Source of the DNA: an uncultured Gemmatimonadaceae bacterium
GTDB taxonomy: Bacteria > Gemmatimonadota > Gemmatimonadetes > Gemmatimonadales > Gemmatimonadaceae
DNA: 64,000 nt
Direction of reading: 5' to 3'
NCBI GenBank assembly: GCA_963829055.1
Contig: CAWHHI010000020.1
Location: 608,001-672,000, forward strand
Shown: piece after piece, positions 12,201 to 23,463 of the stretch
Numbering within the stretch: the stretch's first letter is position 1
Layout of the letters: each line of letters begins with the position of its first letter
The notes under the pieces: model-generated
What the model saw: the letters and a program-made list of their open reading frames with translations, nothing else
Database searches by the model: none
Told to the model about the DNA's origin: nothing
Program-made: the position numbers and the translations under genes

Positions 12201-13465
12201 CAGCGCGTGACCTGGAGACGCAGGGCGGCATTGAGCCCGTTTCCGCTGAGCCTGCGCTGCCGTCTGCGGTCGTTCAAGAATCGCCTCGGCCGGCTAGCAC
12301 GCATCCGAGAGTGACGATGGTGATCTCATCGCTTCGCGCCGGAGGCGCCGAGCGTGTCCTCTCGCGAATGGCCAGTTACTGGGCCCAGCGCGACTGGCCG
12401 ATCACCTTGGTCACGCTCGAGCCAACCTCGGCCGATTTTTACCCCGTGCATTCCGAGGTCAAGCGGGTCGGGCTCGACGCCAGTGGAGTGTCGACGAGCC
12501 TCTGGCGCGCGCTCCGGAGCAATCGACACAGGGTACAACTAATTCGCCGCGCGATTCGCGCTTCGCGACCAGAGGTCGTGATCTCCTTCATGGTCCCGAC
12601 GACCATAATCACGCTCCTCGCCGCACGTCCGGAGCGTGTCCCGGTGATCGTCTCGGAGCGAACGGACCCGTCCCGCGCTCCGCTCGCTCGAATCTGGGCC
12701 GCGTTGCGACGGGTCACGTACCCGTGGGCGGTTGCGGTCGTGGTTCAGACACCGGATGTGGAACGTTGGGCTCACTCCTTTCTGAGAAAGGACCGGGTCC
12801 ACGTCATTCCGAATCCCGTCGCCGCTCCCCCGCCGCTCGATGCGAGCGCGCAGGCGAGCGCGACATCGATCGCGGTCGCGTCGCAGGCCGACGACGGCGC
12901 ATGTCATGTCCTATCAGTCGGCCGGATGGATGCAAACAAGGGATTCGATCTTCTCATCCGCGCGTTCGCACAGTGTCGTGCGAATCGACCCGCGTGGCAG
13001 CTGACGATTCTCGGTGACGGAAAGGAACGACCACGGTTGGAGGCGCTGGCAAAGGATCTCGGAGTTGCGTCGCACGTGCACTTGCCCGGCACCGTACGCG
13101 ACCCGACTCCAGCACTCTTCGGAGCCGACATGTTCGTGCTCTCGTCGCGATACGAAGGGTTCCCGAATGCGCTGCTCGAGGCGATGGCGGTGGGACTCCC
13201 GGTTATCGCCACGAATTCCCGTGGCCCCTCGCGCATTGTGCGCAACGACGTCGATGGCCTTCTCGTTCCCGTCGACGACGTCGCTGCGCTCGCCACCGCA
13301 ATGGCAGGGCTCATGGACGACGAGCCACGGCGACGGCGGCTCGGGCAACGCGCAACGGAAGTGGCCGAGCGGTTCAACGTCGACCGGATCATGGCGACGT
13401 GGGAAGCCGTGATCGCTGAAGTCTTGGTGCACCAGGCTTCCGGAAACGGGAGGAAACAGAGGTGA
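12197..13465 (+). CDS. Glycosyltransferase family 4
   Basis: GGAERV, VIVSER, SVGR...KGFDLLI, SSRYEGFPNALLEAMAVG. Confidence 0.92.
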   Translation: MTARDLETQGGIEPVSAEPALPSAVVQESPRPASTHPRVTMVISSLRAGGAERVLSRMASYWAQRDWPITLVTLEPTSADFYPVHSEVKRVGLDASGVSTSLWRALRSNRHRVQLIRRAIRASRPEVVISFMVPTTIITLLAARPERVPVIVSERTDPSRAPLARIWAALRRVTYPWAVAVVVQTPDVERWAHSFLRKDRVHVIPNPVAAPPPLDASAQASATSIAVASQADDGACHVLSVGRMDANKGFDLLIRAFAQCRANRPAWQLTILGDGKERPRLEALAKDLGVASHVHLPGTVRDPTPALFGADMFVLSSRYEGFPNALLEAMAVGLPVIATNSRGPSRIVRNDVDGLLVPVDDVAALATAMAGLMDDEPRRRRLGQRATEVAERFNVDRIMATWEAVIAEVLVHQASGNGRKQR

Positions 13466-14403
13466 GCACGCACCAGTACCCCTTCACCGTGTTCACGCCG
13501 ACGCACAACCGTGCGCACACCCTCGACCGCGTGTACTCGAGCCTGGATGCCCAGACCTTCCGGGACTTCGAGTGGCTCATCGTGGACGACGGGTCCACTG
13601 ATGGTACGCCGGAGTTGGTGAGTCAGTGGCAGCAGCGAGCCGACTTTCCCATTCGGTACTTCTGGCAAGAGAAGCGCGGAAAACACGTCGCGTTCAACGC
13701 GGGTGCGCGCGAGGCCAAGGGGGAACTGTTCCTGCCGCTCGATTCGGACGACGCATGTGTGCCGGACGCGCTCGAGCGATTCCGCTACCACTGGGAATCC
13801 ATTCCGGCCGAGCAGCGGCATCGTTTCTCCGGCGTCACCGCGTTATGCAAGGACCAGCACGGCACTCTCGTCGGCAGCCCGTTTCCGTCCGCGGTGATCG
13901 ATTCGAACTCCCTCGAGATTCACTACCGATTTCACGTCAGCGGTGAAAAGTGGGGATTCCAACGAACGGAGGTGCTGCGCGAGTTCCCCTTCCCCGATCT
14001 CGGCGCGACCTACGTGCCGGAGAGCATCGTGTGGGGGAAGATCGCGCGCCGCTACGCGACGCGATTCGTGAATGACATTCTCAGGATCTACTACATCGGA
14101 GAGCCGTCGCTCATGTTCGGACAGCCCGCCGGCAGAAACGCCGCGGGTGGACGCCTGCAGCACCTCTCCGTCCTGAACGAGCAACTCGATTACCTTGGCG
14201 CGGCGCCGATCCAGTTCTTTGCGTCGGCCACGCACTACGCGCGTTTCTCGTTCCATCTCGGTGCGCCGATCACTCACCAGTTCGCGGACATCGAGACCGC
14301 CGGCGGGCGGCTGCTCTGGTCCCTTGCGGCTCCGACAGGCTGGCTGCTGTACCGGCGTGATGTGCACCGCGGGACCCGCCTAACGGGTACACCGCGTGCC
14401 TAG
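13462..14403 (+). CDS. Glycosyltransferase family 2
   Basis: FTVFTPTHNRA, IVDDGSTD, LDSDD; start overlaps upstream stop. Confidence 0.92.
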   Translation: MSTHQYPFTVFTPTHNRAHTLDRVYSSLDAQTFRDFEWLIVDDGSTDGTPELVSQWQQRADFPIRYFWQEKRGKHVAFNAGAREAKGELFLPLDSDDACVPDALERFRYHWESIPAEQRHRFSGVTALCKDQHGTLVGSPFPSAVIDSNSLEIHYRFHVSGEKWGFQRTEVLREFPFPDLGATYVPESIVWGKIARRYATRFVNDILRIYYIGEPSLMFGQPAGRNAAGGRLQHLSVLNEQLDYLGAAPIQFFASATHYARFSFHLGAPITHQFADIETAGGRLLWSLAAPTGWLLYRRDVHRGTRLTGTPRA

Positions 14404-15631
14404 CCCGAACGGCGCGGTGCAGACCGCTCGCTACCGGGCGGCCCCGGATCGCGCGCCGTCACCGACCAGTGGCGGTGCCGCTCCGGCCAGCACGCTGCGG
14501 ATCGCGTTCCTCATCAGGAGCCTCGGGTACGGTGGCGCCGAACGACAACTCGTCGTGCTGGCGAGTGCTCTGCGCGCGCGTGGGCACACAGTCTCGGTGC
14601 TCACGTTTTACCCGGGCGGCGAGTTGGAGCCGGAGCTCCGTAACGCCGGCGTTCGAGTGCGGTCGCTCGAGAAGCGCGGCCGTTGGGACATCGCGACGTT
14701 TCTCGCGAGCCTGCGGCGTGCACTGCGCGAGGAGTCGCCTGACGTCCTGCACAGCTACCTGGTGGTCCCGAACATCGTCGCGGCGACGATCCGGCCACTG
14801 TTCCCCGGGGCCCGCGTGGTCTGGGGCGAACGAGCCTCGAACATGGACCTCAGCCACTACGACTGGGTGTCGCGTTTCTCGAGCGGCCTGGCACGCCGAC
14901 TGTGCCGCGTCCCGGACCTGCTCATCGTCAATTCGCGGGCCGGCTTCGAATACGCGGTCGCTCGCGGATACCCGCGCGAAAAGATGCTCGTCATTCCGAA
15001 CGGGATCGACACCGAGCGCTTCGCGCCGGATGCAGCCGCGAGACGCCGTGTCCGGGACGAGTGGCAGGTGAGTGGCATCGAGCGCTTGGTGGGCCTCGTG
15101 GGGCGCCTCGACCCGGTGAAGGACCACCGAACGTTTCTCAACGCCGCCGCGCAAGCGGGGCGGGATCTCAACGGCGTGAGATTCGTCTGCGTCGGCGACG
15201 GCGACCCGCGATATCGCAGCGAGATGCAGCAGACGGCAACCGCGCTCGGCATTGGTGATCGCGTGAGTTGGGTCGGCGCTCGTGCGGACATGCCGGCGGT
15301 GTACAACGCACTCGACATCGCCTGCCTCTCGTCCGCGTCGGAAGGATTTCCGAACGTACTTGCGGAAGCGATGGCCTGCGGGATTCCGTCGGTCACGACC
15401 GACGTTGGTGACTGTGCGTGGCTGATGCCGCGCCCGGATCTCATCGCTCCGCCCGGTGACGCAACCGCGCTGGCGACGCGAATGAGATCGTTGCTCGACT
15501 CCGAGCCACGAGAGACGGCAGCGATCGGCCGCGAGCTGCGTGAGCGCATCGTCGAGCACTTTTCCGTCGCGAGCCTTGTCAGCAACACGGAGCAGGCGCT
15601 GTTCGGCCTGTTCGGGAGGGCACCGGCGTGA
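14396..15631 (+). CDS. Glycosyltransferase family 4
   Basis: GGAERQL, VIPNGID, GRLDPVKDH, SEGFPNVLAEAMACG. Confidence 0.92.
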   Translation: MPSPNGAVQTARYRAAPDRAPSPTSGGAAPASTLRIAFLIRSLGYGGAERQLVVLASALRARGHTVSVLTFYPGGELEPELRNAGVRVRSLEKRGRWDIATFLASLRRALREESPDVLHSYLVVPNIVAATIRPLFPGARVVWGERASNMDLSHYDWVSRFSSGLARRLCRVPDLLIVNSRAGFEYAVARGYPREKMLVIPNGIDTERFAPDAAARRRVRDEWQVSGIERLVGLVGRLDPVKDHRTFLNAAAQAGRDLNGVRFVCVGDGDPRYRSEMQQTATALGIGDRVSWVGARADMPAVYNALDIACLSSASEGFPNVLAEAMACGIPSVTTDVGDCAWLMPRPDLIAPPGDATALATRMRSLLDSEPRETAAIGRELRERIVEHFSVASLVSNTEQALFGLFGRAPA

Positions 15632-16913
15632 GGCTCCGGACGTTGAAGCAGTTGCCGTCGGTCGTACTCATGTCTGGGCTCTTCGCGGTATTCATCAGCT
15701 ACCTCGACAACTACCTCGAGGCGCGACAGGCGCTCCCGTTCCTCAACGTGACGATGTTTCTGTGGAGCCTCACGGCGATGACGGCCGGTAGTGTCGTACG
15801 AGCCGCGGCATCGCTGCGCGAGCGCTCGCGACTGCTTGGACTCTACCGCATGCACGTCGCCGTGCTCTTTCCACTCGGCGCGGTGGTCGTGTTCTCGTTC
15901 ATGAGTGCATTTCTCCCGGCAGCCAACCTCGATGACGGCCCGCGGTGGGTCCTCTATCCGGCGTACAACGCCGCGATCGTCGTGCTCTCGATGCTGCTGC
16001 CGCTTCCGGAGCATCACCGGAAGTTTTTCCGCTGGTACCTGCTCATCGCGTTCGTGCTCGCCGCGGCGAGCGTGTTCGTCGACGTCCTTCGTCCCGGCAC
16101 ATTCTCCATCCTCCCCGACCGAGCTGCCGGGTTTGCCCGGAACCCGAATGGTGGTGCGTTCCTGCTCATAGCGCTCTGCTGCTTCGCTGATCGTTTTCGA
16201 TCGCGTGCGTGGTCTGGATCTGGTCGTTCTGGGGGTGACGGCGCTCGGCGTGCTCGCCACCCTGTCACGCGGCGGGGCCCTGCTTCTCGCGTTCGTCGTC
16301 TGCTGTTACACACCCTGTGTCGTTAGGTCCGCCGCGCGACGCGGGGTTCGTGTCCTCGTCACGCGCGTGGCGGCGCTCCTGTTGCTGGGCGCCGGAACCT
16401 ACTTCGGCATCACGCGCCTGATCAGTCAGCGGATGTTCGCCTCCGGATCTCGCATGGGCATGCTGAGTGGCAAGCAGGAAATCGTCGGCCCCCGCGAGTC
16501 GAGGATCGGGCTGGTCGCGGAGTCGTGGGAGCTGGTGCAGCAAGCGCCAATGCTCGGCTACGGCAGCGGCTTCACCTATACGATGGAGCAGGGGCCGCAC
16601 AACATCTATCTCAGTCGCTGGCTCGACAACGGCCTGGCCGGCGTCGTGAGCTACGTCTGGCTCATCGCCGCGGCGTGCCTAACGTTTCTGGCGACGCCGG
16701 TACACCCCCGGCCTCGTGTTCATTGGAGCCGTGGCCATCCAGGGCTTCTTCAGTCACAACCTCCTCGAGGAGCGAGTGTTTCTGCTGCTGCTTGGTGTCC
16801 TCTTGACCATGTCACTGTTTAACGCGACTGAACGCGCCGTGGTGCCTCTGGCGCCTCAGCGCGCGCCGCATCGCGTCCGGCCCGCGCTTCGGTCTCCGCG
16901 ACCGCGGCGCTGA
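15628..16913 (+). CDS. O-antigen ligase / Wzy-like polymerase (frameshifted)
   Basis: RAAGFARNPN, TLSRGG, LGYGSG...GPHNIYL; polytopic; pieces in ORFs 15628..16326, 16205..16822, 16716..16913. Confidence 0.8.
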
Positions 16914-16972
16914 CGCGCACCCTGCTCCTGTCTCGCTCACACAGGCGAGATCACCCGGTCCCCGGTAGCGCT

Positions 16973-18869
16973 ATGTGTGGAATTGCGGGACTACGCCTCC
17001 GGGACCCAGCCGGACTCGACGCCGCCGAGGAGCGGATGGAACGCATGCTCGCGCGCCTCTCCCATCGCGGGCCTGACGACGCAGGCACGTGGGTAGATCG
17101 TCCAGCCGGCGTTCTCCTCGGACATCGCCGCCTGGCCGTCATCGACATCTCTCCGCTCGGACATCAGCCGATGGTGTCTGACGACGGACGGCTGGCGATC
17201 GTGTTCAACGGCGAGATCTACAACTTCCCCGAGCTGCGCCGAGAGCTCGAAGCGCACGGTGTGCGGTTCAGGTCGACCTCGGACACCGAGGTGCTGCTGT
17301 ACGGGTATCGCGAGTGGGGCGAGCACGTCGTGGATCGACTTGTCGGCATGTACGCCTTCGCCATCTGGGACGCGGCGACGGACCGGCTGTTCCTGGCCCG
17401 CGATCGCACCGGCGAGAAGCCGCTGTACTATGCGAACGGCCCATGGGGCTTCGCGTTCGCATCGGAGGTGGCAGCGCTCACCGAGTTGCCGGATGTGAGC
17501 GACGAGATCGACCAGGAGGCACTCTCGCTGTACCTGCAGTATCAGTACGTTCCCGCGCCGCACTCGATCTATCGCGGCATTCGGAAGCTGCCGCCGGGCC
17601 ATGCCATGCGGGTCCAGAATGGGCGCGTCACCGCCTGGCGGTATTGGGATCCAGTGCCGCTGGCAGCGGGGCCGCGTCTCGCCATCAGCGAAGCCGACGC
17701 CACCGCGCAACTGGAGTCGCTCCTGCGCACCGCCGTGCGCGGACAGATGATCGCCGACGTGCCGCTCGGCGCCTTTCTCTCGGGAGGGATCGACTCCACG
17801 GCGGTGGTGAGCCTGATGGTGGAGCTCAGCACCATCCCCGTGCGGACGTTCACCGTCGGCTTCGATGATCCCAGGTTCGACGAATCCAAGCACGCGAGCG
17901 CGGTGGCCAAGGTCCTCGGCACCGATCACACCGTGGAGTACCTGACGGAGCGTGACGCCCTCGAGCTCATCCCCACCGTGCCGCAGAATGTACGGCGAGC
18001 CGTTCGCGGACCCGTCCGCACTGCCGACACATCTCGTCGCGCGGACGGCGCGGCGACACGTGACCGTCAGCCTCTCCGGGGACGGCGGCGATGAGGCGTT
18101 AGGCGGCTACCATCGCTACCAGCATTTGGCGATCGCGTCGCTCGTAGCGGGACCGCGCAGCGTCGGTCGTCTTTTTCAGCCGGCCTTGGCGCGGCTTCCG
18201 GGCAAGGTCGGTCGGGCAGCGGCGCTCCTGTCGCTCCCGCCGAGCGAGGTCTACCGACGGTTCGTCTCGTTTTTCGCGCCTGCTGACGTGCGGTCGCTGA
18301 CCGGGGCCACGACAAGGTACGAAGAGTACGATCGCGCATGGAGCTCCACGCTCGGCCGCCCGGTGCGACAGCGCGCAATGTTGTCTGACCTGCTCACCTA
18401 CCTCCCCGAGGCCATCCTCGTCAAAGTCGATCGGGCCGCGATGGCGACCTCGCTCGAGACCCGCGCACCGTTGCTCGACCACCGCGTTCTGGAGTTCACG
18501 CTCCGCCTGCCTGCACACCTCGTTCACGGCAAGCGGTTGTTGAAGCGACTCGTGTACCGACGCGTACCGCGCGAGATCATGGATCGCCCAAAACAGGGTT
18601 TCGGCGTCCCGCTCGGCCGATGGTTCCGGGGCGAGCTCAGGCCGATGGTGCTGGACACGCTGACTCCGGACCGCTTGCGAACGGCCGGGATCCAGGACGC
18701 CAGCGTAGCGCTCCAAATCATCGAGCAGCACATGTCGGGACGCGTGGACCATTCCGCTCGTATCTGGGCGCTGCTCGTGCTTGCCATGTGGAGCGATGCG
18801 CGTCATGAGCGACGTTCCCAATCGCCATTTCGCATCGGGCAGGCGCTGGCTCCGGCGCAGCCTGGTTAG
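16973..18869 (+). CDS. asnB: Asparagine synthase (glutamine-hydrolysing) family amidotransferase 1 (one frameshift near 17985)
   Basis: MCGIAG, HRGPD, FNGEIYN, FLSGGIDS, SLSGDGGDE, KVDRAAMA, RPKQGF. Confidence 0.9.
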
Positions 18870-18890
18870 CCCAGCAATCGGTCGCGCCCC

Positions 18891-20070
18891 ATGATCACGG
18901 TCGCTCACGTCATCACCGGCCTCGGGCAGGGTGGAGCGGAGATGATGCTGCTCAAGCTTCTCCAGCAGACCGACCGCACGCAGTTCTCGGTGCGGGTGGT
19001 ATCACTGCTGGACCCGCCCGGTCCCGTCGCGGACCGCGTGCGGGCACTCGGCATCCCCGTCGACGCGTTAGGCATCGGCCGTCGCGTCCCCAACCCCGCC
19101 GGGCTGTGGCGTCTCGCCCGCCTCCTCCGCGCCACGCGCCCCGACGTCGTACAGACGTGGATGTACCACGGTGATCTCGTCGGGGGGCTAGCCGCCAAGC
19201 TCGCATCCATCCGCCTGCCGGTCATCTGGAACATCCGGCAGAGCAACTTCGACGCGAACCACAGCCGGCGCCGCACGATCCAGCTCGCACGACTCTGCGC
19301 CGCGCTCTCGTCTCGCCTTCCGTGCAAGATCCTCTGCTGCTCGGACGTCGCTCGTCGCGTTCACGTGGCGATGGGCTACGATGCAGTCCAAGATGCAGGT
19401 CATACCGAACGGGTTCGATCTGGTCGCATTTCGGCCCGATTCGGCCGCGCGCGTCGCGCTCCGTGCCGAGCTCGGGCTCCCGGCCGATGCCGCCCTGATC
19501 GGCATGGTGGCGAGACTCGACCCACAGAAGGACCACGGAACGTTCCTCGCCGCCGCGACACGGCTGCACGCCCGGCTGCCTAACGTCCATTACATCCTCT
19601 GTGGCGCCGGCATCGACACCGCCAACGCCGACCTGGCCATGGCGATCGATCGCGCGGGATTGACTGCCGTGTGCCACTTACTCGGACAGCGGAACGACAT
19701 TGCCCGAGTCACGGCCGCCCTGGATCTCGCGACCCTCTCCTCGGCATACGGCGAGGGCTTTCCCAACGTGCTTGGCGAAGCGATGGCATGCGAGGTCCCC
19801 TGCGTCGCCACGGACGTGGGGGACTCTGCGCACGTGATCGGTGACACGGGTCGGGTCGTACCACCTCGCGATCCCGACGCACTGGCGAGCGCGTGGAGCG
19901 AGATGTTCGCCGCCGGGGAAACCGCACTTCACGCGCTCGGCCAGCGAGCGCGACGCCGCATTGTCGATAACTTCTCGATCGCGAGGGTGACGCGCACGTA
20001 CGAAGCGACGTATCAGTCCGTAGTGACCTCGGCCCTTCGTTCGCGCCAACCACTTCCCCGGCTGTCGTAG
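18891..20070 (+). CDS. Glycosyltransferase family 4 (frameshift near 19385)
   Basis: GGAEMML, QTWMYH, VIPNGFD, ARLDPQKDH, GEGFPNVLGEAMAC. Confidence 0.9.
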
Positions 20071-20071
20071 C

Positions 20072-22084
20072 ATGTGCGGAATAGCAGGCTTCTGGCGACA
20101 CGGTCCGATGGGAGACGATCCCCACTCCACGGCTCGGCGCATGGCCGCGGCGCTTGCGCATCGCGGGCCCGACGCCGAGGGCACGTGGGTCGACGAATAC
20201 GCCGGGATCGCGCTCACGCACCGGCGACTTTCCATCATCGACCTCTCGCCTCTCGGCAGTCAGCCGATGGTCTCGCCGGGAGGACGCTTCGTCATTGTCT
20301 TCAACGGCGAGGTGTACAACTACGCCGCATTGCGTAAAGAGCTCGAGGCGGGCGCCAATCCGGTCGTAACCTTCCGCGGTCACTCGGATACGGAGGTGAT
20401 GCTCGCCGCCATTGAAGCATGGGGTCTCGAAGCCGCTGTGCGTCGATTCGTGGGCATGTTCGCGTTCGCCCTGTGGGATCGGCAACAACACACGCTATGC
20501 CTCGTCCGCGATCGGCTGGGCATCAAGCCGCTGTACTACGGGTGGGGCGGCAACACGCTGTTGTTCGGCTCGGAGCTTCGAGCATTCACCGCCCACCCGG
20601 ACTTTCGAGGTGAGATCGACCGGAGCGCTGTCGCTCTCCTTCTCAAGCACAACTGCATCCCCGCGCCTCACTGCATTTATCGGGGCGTCTACAAGCTCCC
20701 TCCGGGATCGATCCTCACGTTAGGCAGCCCGGACTCGCGGGACACTTCGCCGGTCGCGTACTGGTCAGCGCGAGACGTCGCCGAGCGAGGCACGAGCGAT
20801 CCGTTCATGGGCACCGAGACGGAGGCGGTCGATCAGCTCGATACCCTGCTCCGAGAAGCGGTCTCACTCCGCATGATCGCGGACGTGCCCATCGGCGCGT
20901 TTCTGTCCGGGGGGCTGGATTCTTCGACGGTCGTCGCGCTCATGCAGGCGCAGAGTAGCCGACCGATCAAGACGTTTACGATCGGATCGACGGACGCGGG
21001 CTTCGACGAATCACGCCACGCACGCACGGTGGCGCGCCACCTCGGAACGGATCACACCGAGCTCGTAGTTACGCCCGAGGACGCGCTCGCCGTGATTCCA
21101 CGGCTTCCGACGCTATATGACGAACCGTTCGCTGACTCCTCGCAGATACCGACGTATCTCATCTCGGCGTTGACCCGACGCGACGTGACAGTCGCGCTCT
21201 CGGGCGATGGCGGCGACGAGCTGTTCGCCGGCTACAATCGGCACGTCTGGGCGAACCGCGTGTGGGCGGGAACGCGGTGGTTGCCGCGCGCCGTTCGGAA
21301 CGCACAGGCGAGCGCCATCACCGCGATCTCGCCGCGCACGTGGGACAGGTTGTTCGAGCGCGCGAGTCCTGTGATTCCGCGTGGGCTACGGTTCGGCACC
21401 CCGGGCTACAAGCTGCACAAGTTGGCTGGGGTCCTTTCCGCCCCGAGCCAGGAGGAGATCTACAACCGCCTGTCGTCGCACTGGGAAGCTCCGCTCTCCG
21501 TGGTGCTCGGAGCAACCGACCTTACGGCCGCGACGCCCGAGCCGGCCAGCCGCACGGCAGTGCCCAGCTTCATTGAGAAGATGTTGTACCTGGACCTCGT
21601 CACGTATCTGCCAGACGACATTCTGACGAAGGTAGACCGCGCGAGCATGGCTGTGGGGCTGGAAGCACGAGTGCCGATCCTCGACCATCGCGTCGTCGAG
21701 TTCGCGTGGCGCCTGCCGCTCTCCATGAAGTACCGAGACGGAACGAGCAAGTGGGTCTTGCGGCAAGTCCTCTACCGCTACGTGCCTCGGTCGCTCGTCG
21801 AGCGGCCGAAAGCCGGATTTGGCATTCCACTGGGTTCGTGGCTGCGCGGCCCGTTGCGGGAATGGGCCGAAGAGCTGTTAGACGAACGGCGTCTCGTCAG
21901 TGAGGGGTTCTTCAACCCGACGACGATCCGGCAGCGCTGGCAGGAGCACCTCACGGGAAAGAGAGGCTGGGAATACCATCTGTGGGATGTGCTGATGTTC
22001 CAGGCCTGGCTCGAGTCATCGCGGGCTTCGAATCCACCGTCGCACGCACGCCTGCCCGTCGATGCCGCTCAACCGGTCGGCTGA
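20072..22084 (+). CDS. asnB: Asparagine synthase (glutamine-hydrolysing) family amidotransferase 2
   Basis: Intact 670 aa ORF: MCGIAG, HRGPD, FNGEVYN, FLSGGLDS, ALSGDGGDELFAGY, KVDRASMA. Confidence 0.93.
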   Translation: MCGIAGFWRHGPMGDDPHSTARRMAAALAHRGPDAEGTWVDEYAGIALTHRRLSIIDLSPLGSQPMVSPGGRFVIVFNGEVYNYAALRKELEAGANPVVTFRGHSDTEVMLAAIEAWGLEAAVRRFVGMFAFALWDRQQHTLCLVRDRLGIKPLYYGWGGNTLLFGSELRAFTAHPDFRGEIDRSAVALLLKHNCIPAPHCIYRGVYKLPPGSILTLGSPDSRDTSPVAYWSARDVAERGTSDPFMGTETEAVDQLDTLLREAVSLRMIADVPIGAFLSGGLDSSTVVALMQAQSSRPIKTFTIGSTDAGFDESRHARTVARHLGTDHTELVVTPEDALAVIPRLPTLYDEPFADSSQIPTYLISALTRRDVTVALSGDGGDELFAGYNRHVWANRVWAGTRWLPRAVRNAQASAITAISPRTWDRLFERASPVIPRGLRFGTPGYKLHKLAGVLSAPSQEEIYNRLSSHWEAPLSVVLGATDLTAATPEPASRTAVPSFIEKMLYLDLVTYLPDDILTKVDRASMAVGLEARVPILDHRVVEFAWRLPLSMKYRDGTSKWVLRQVLYRYVPRSLVERPKAGFGIPLGSWLRGPLREWAEELLDERRLVSEGFFNPTTIRQRWQEHLTGKRGWEYHLWDVLMFQAWLESSRASNPPSHARLPVDAAQPVG

Positions 22085-23404
22085 CAACGAGGCGTTGCCT
22101 GCGTCGGTTCTGTCGGGACCAACCGGCGAGCGCCGCGGACGATCGCATTCGACTCGTTCACATTACTACCGTACCCGAATCGCTGAATTTCCTCGCCGGG
22201 CAGGTGGGGTACATGACGGCGCGCGGCTTGAGCGTCACTGCGGTCTCGTCGCCGGGCAGCGAGCTCGGTGCCTTCGGGGCTCGCGAGGCCGTGCCGACAT
22301 ACGCCGTCGCAATGGCGCGGCGCATCACGCCGCTGCGCGATCTGATCTCCATATGGCAGATCTACCGCGTGCTGCGGCGCATCCGCCCGCACATTGTCCA
22401 CGCCCAGACCCCGAAGGGCGGTCTTCTGGGCACAATCGCCGCGTGGCTCGCCGGCGTACGCGTCCGCGTCTATCACATCCGCGGGCTGCCTCTCATGACC
22501 GCAACGGGTGCGCGCCGACGCCTGTTGTGGACCACGGAGCGAATCGCCTGCGGACTGTCTCACGCGGTACTCTGTGTCAGCCATTCGGTGCGTGACGTCG
22601 CTATCGCCGAGCGGCTGTGCGCGCCGGGCAAGATCACGGTCCTGCTCGGAGGTAGCGGTAACGGAGTCGATGCGGAGGGGCGCTTCGATCCGCGCCATGA
22701 GCCCGACCGCCGCGACACGCACGCGGGAACGCCTCGGCATCCCGCCTAACGCGGACGTGATCGGATACGTCGGGCGCATCGTCCGGGACAAAGGCGTGGT
22801 CGAGCTCGTGCGCGCGTGGTCGGCGCTGCGCAATGCCTATCCGAACGCGCGGCTGCTGATCGTCGGGCCGTTTGAACCGCAGGATCCGATTCCGCGCGAC
22901 GTCGAGGACATCCTTCGTGGCGACCCGCGCGTTCACCTGACAGGGCAGGTGCATGAGACAGCGCCACTGTACGCAGCCATGGACCTCGTCGTCCTGCCGA
23001 CGTACCGCGAGGGGTTTCCCAACGTGCCGCTCGAAGCGGCATCGATGGGACTCCCGGTAGTCGCGACGCGTGTCCCAGGCTGCACGGACGCGGTGGAGGA
23101 CGGGGTGACCGGAACACTCGTCGCCCCGCGGGACTCGGGGGCGCTCGCCGATGCCGTCGGGGCATACTTGCGAGACAGCGACCGCCGAAGCGCGCATGGG
23201 AGCGCCGGACGCCGGCGCGTGCTGCTCGAGTTCCGTCGCGAGTTGATATGGGACGCGCTGTACGCCCATTACATCACGCTGCTGAAACGACACGGCCGCA
23301 CTGGGCCCCGGATGCCACGAGTCCCGGTTGGCGAGGTGCCACCGGGACTCGGGAATCGGGCTGCAACACCCGAGGAAACACCAGAGGACGCGACGTATCG
23401 TTAG
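22062..23404 (+). CDS. Glycosyltransferase family 4, CapM-like (frameshifted, start approximate)
   Basis: HITTVPESL, HAQTPKGGLLG, GSGNGVD, VGRIVRDKG, YREGFPNVPLEAASMG. Confidence 0.88.
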
Positions 23405-23463
23405 GCGCGAGCGGTATCGCTCAGGCGCTCGGGTCGGCCCAGGCGCCTGGGTAGGTCTCCGGG

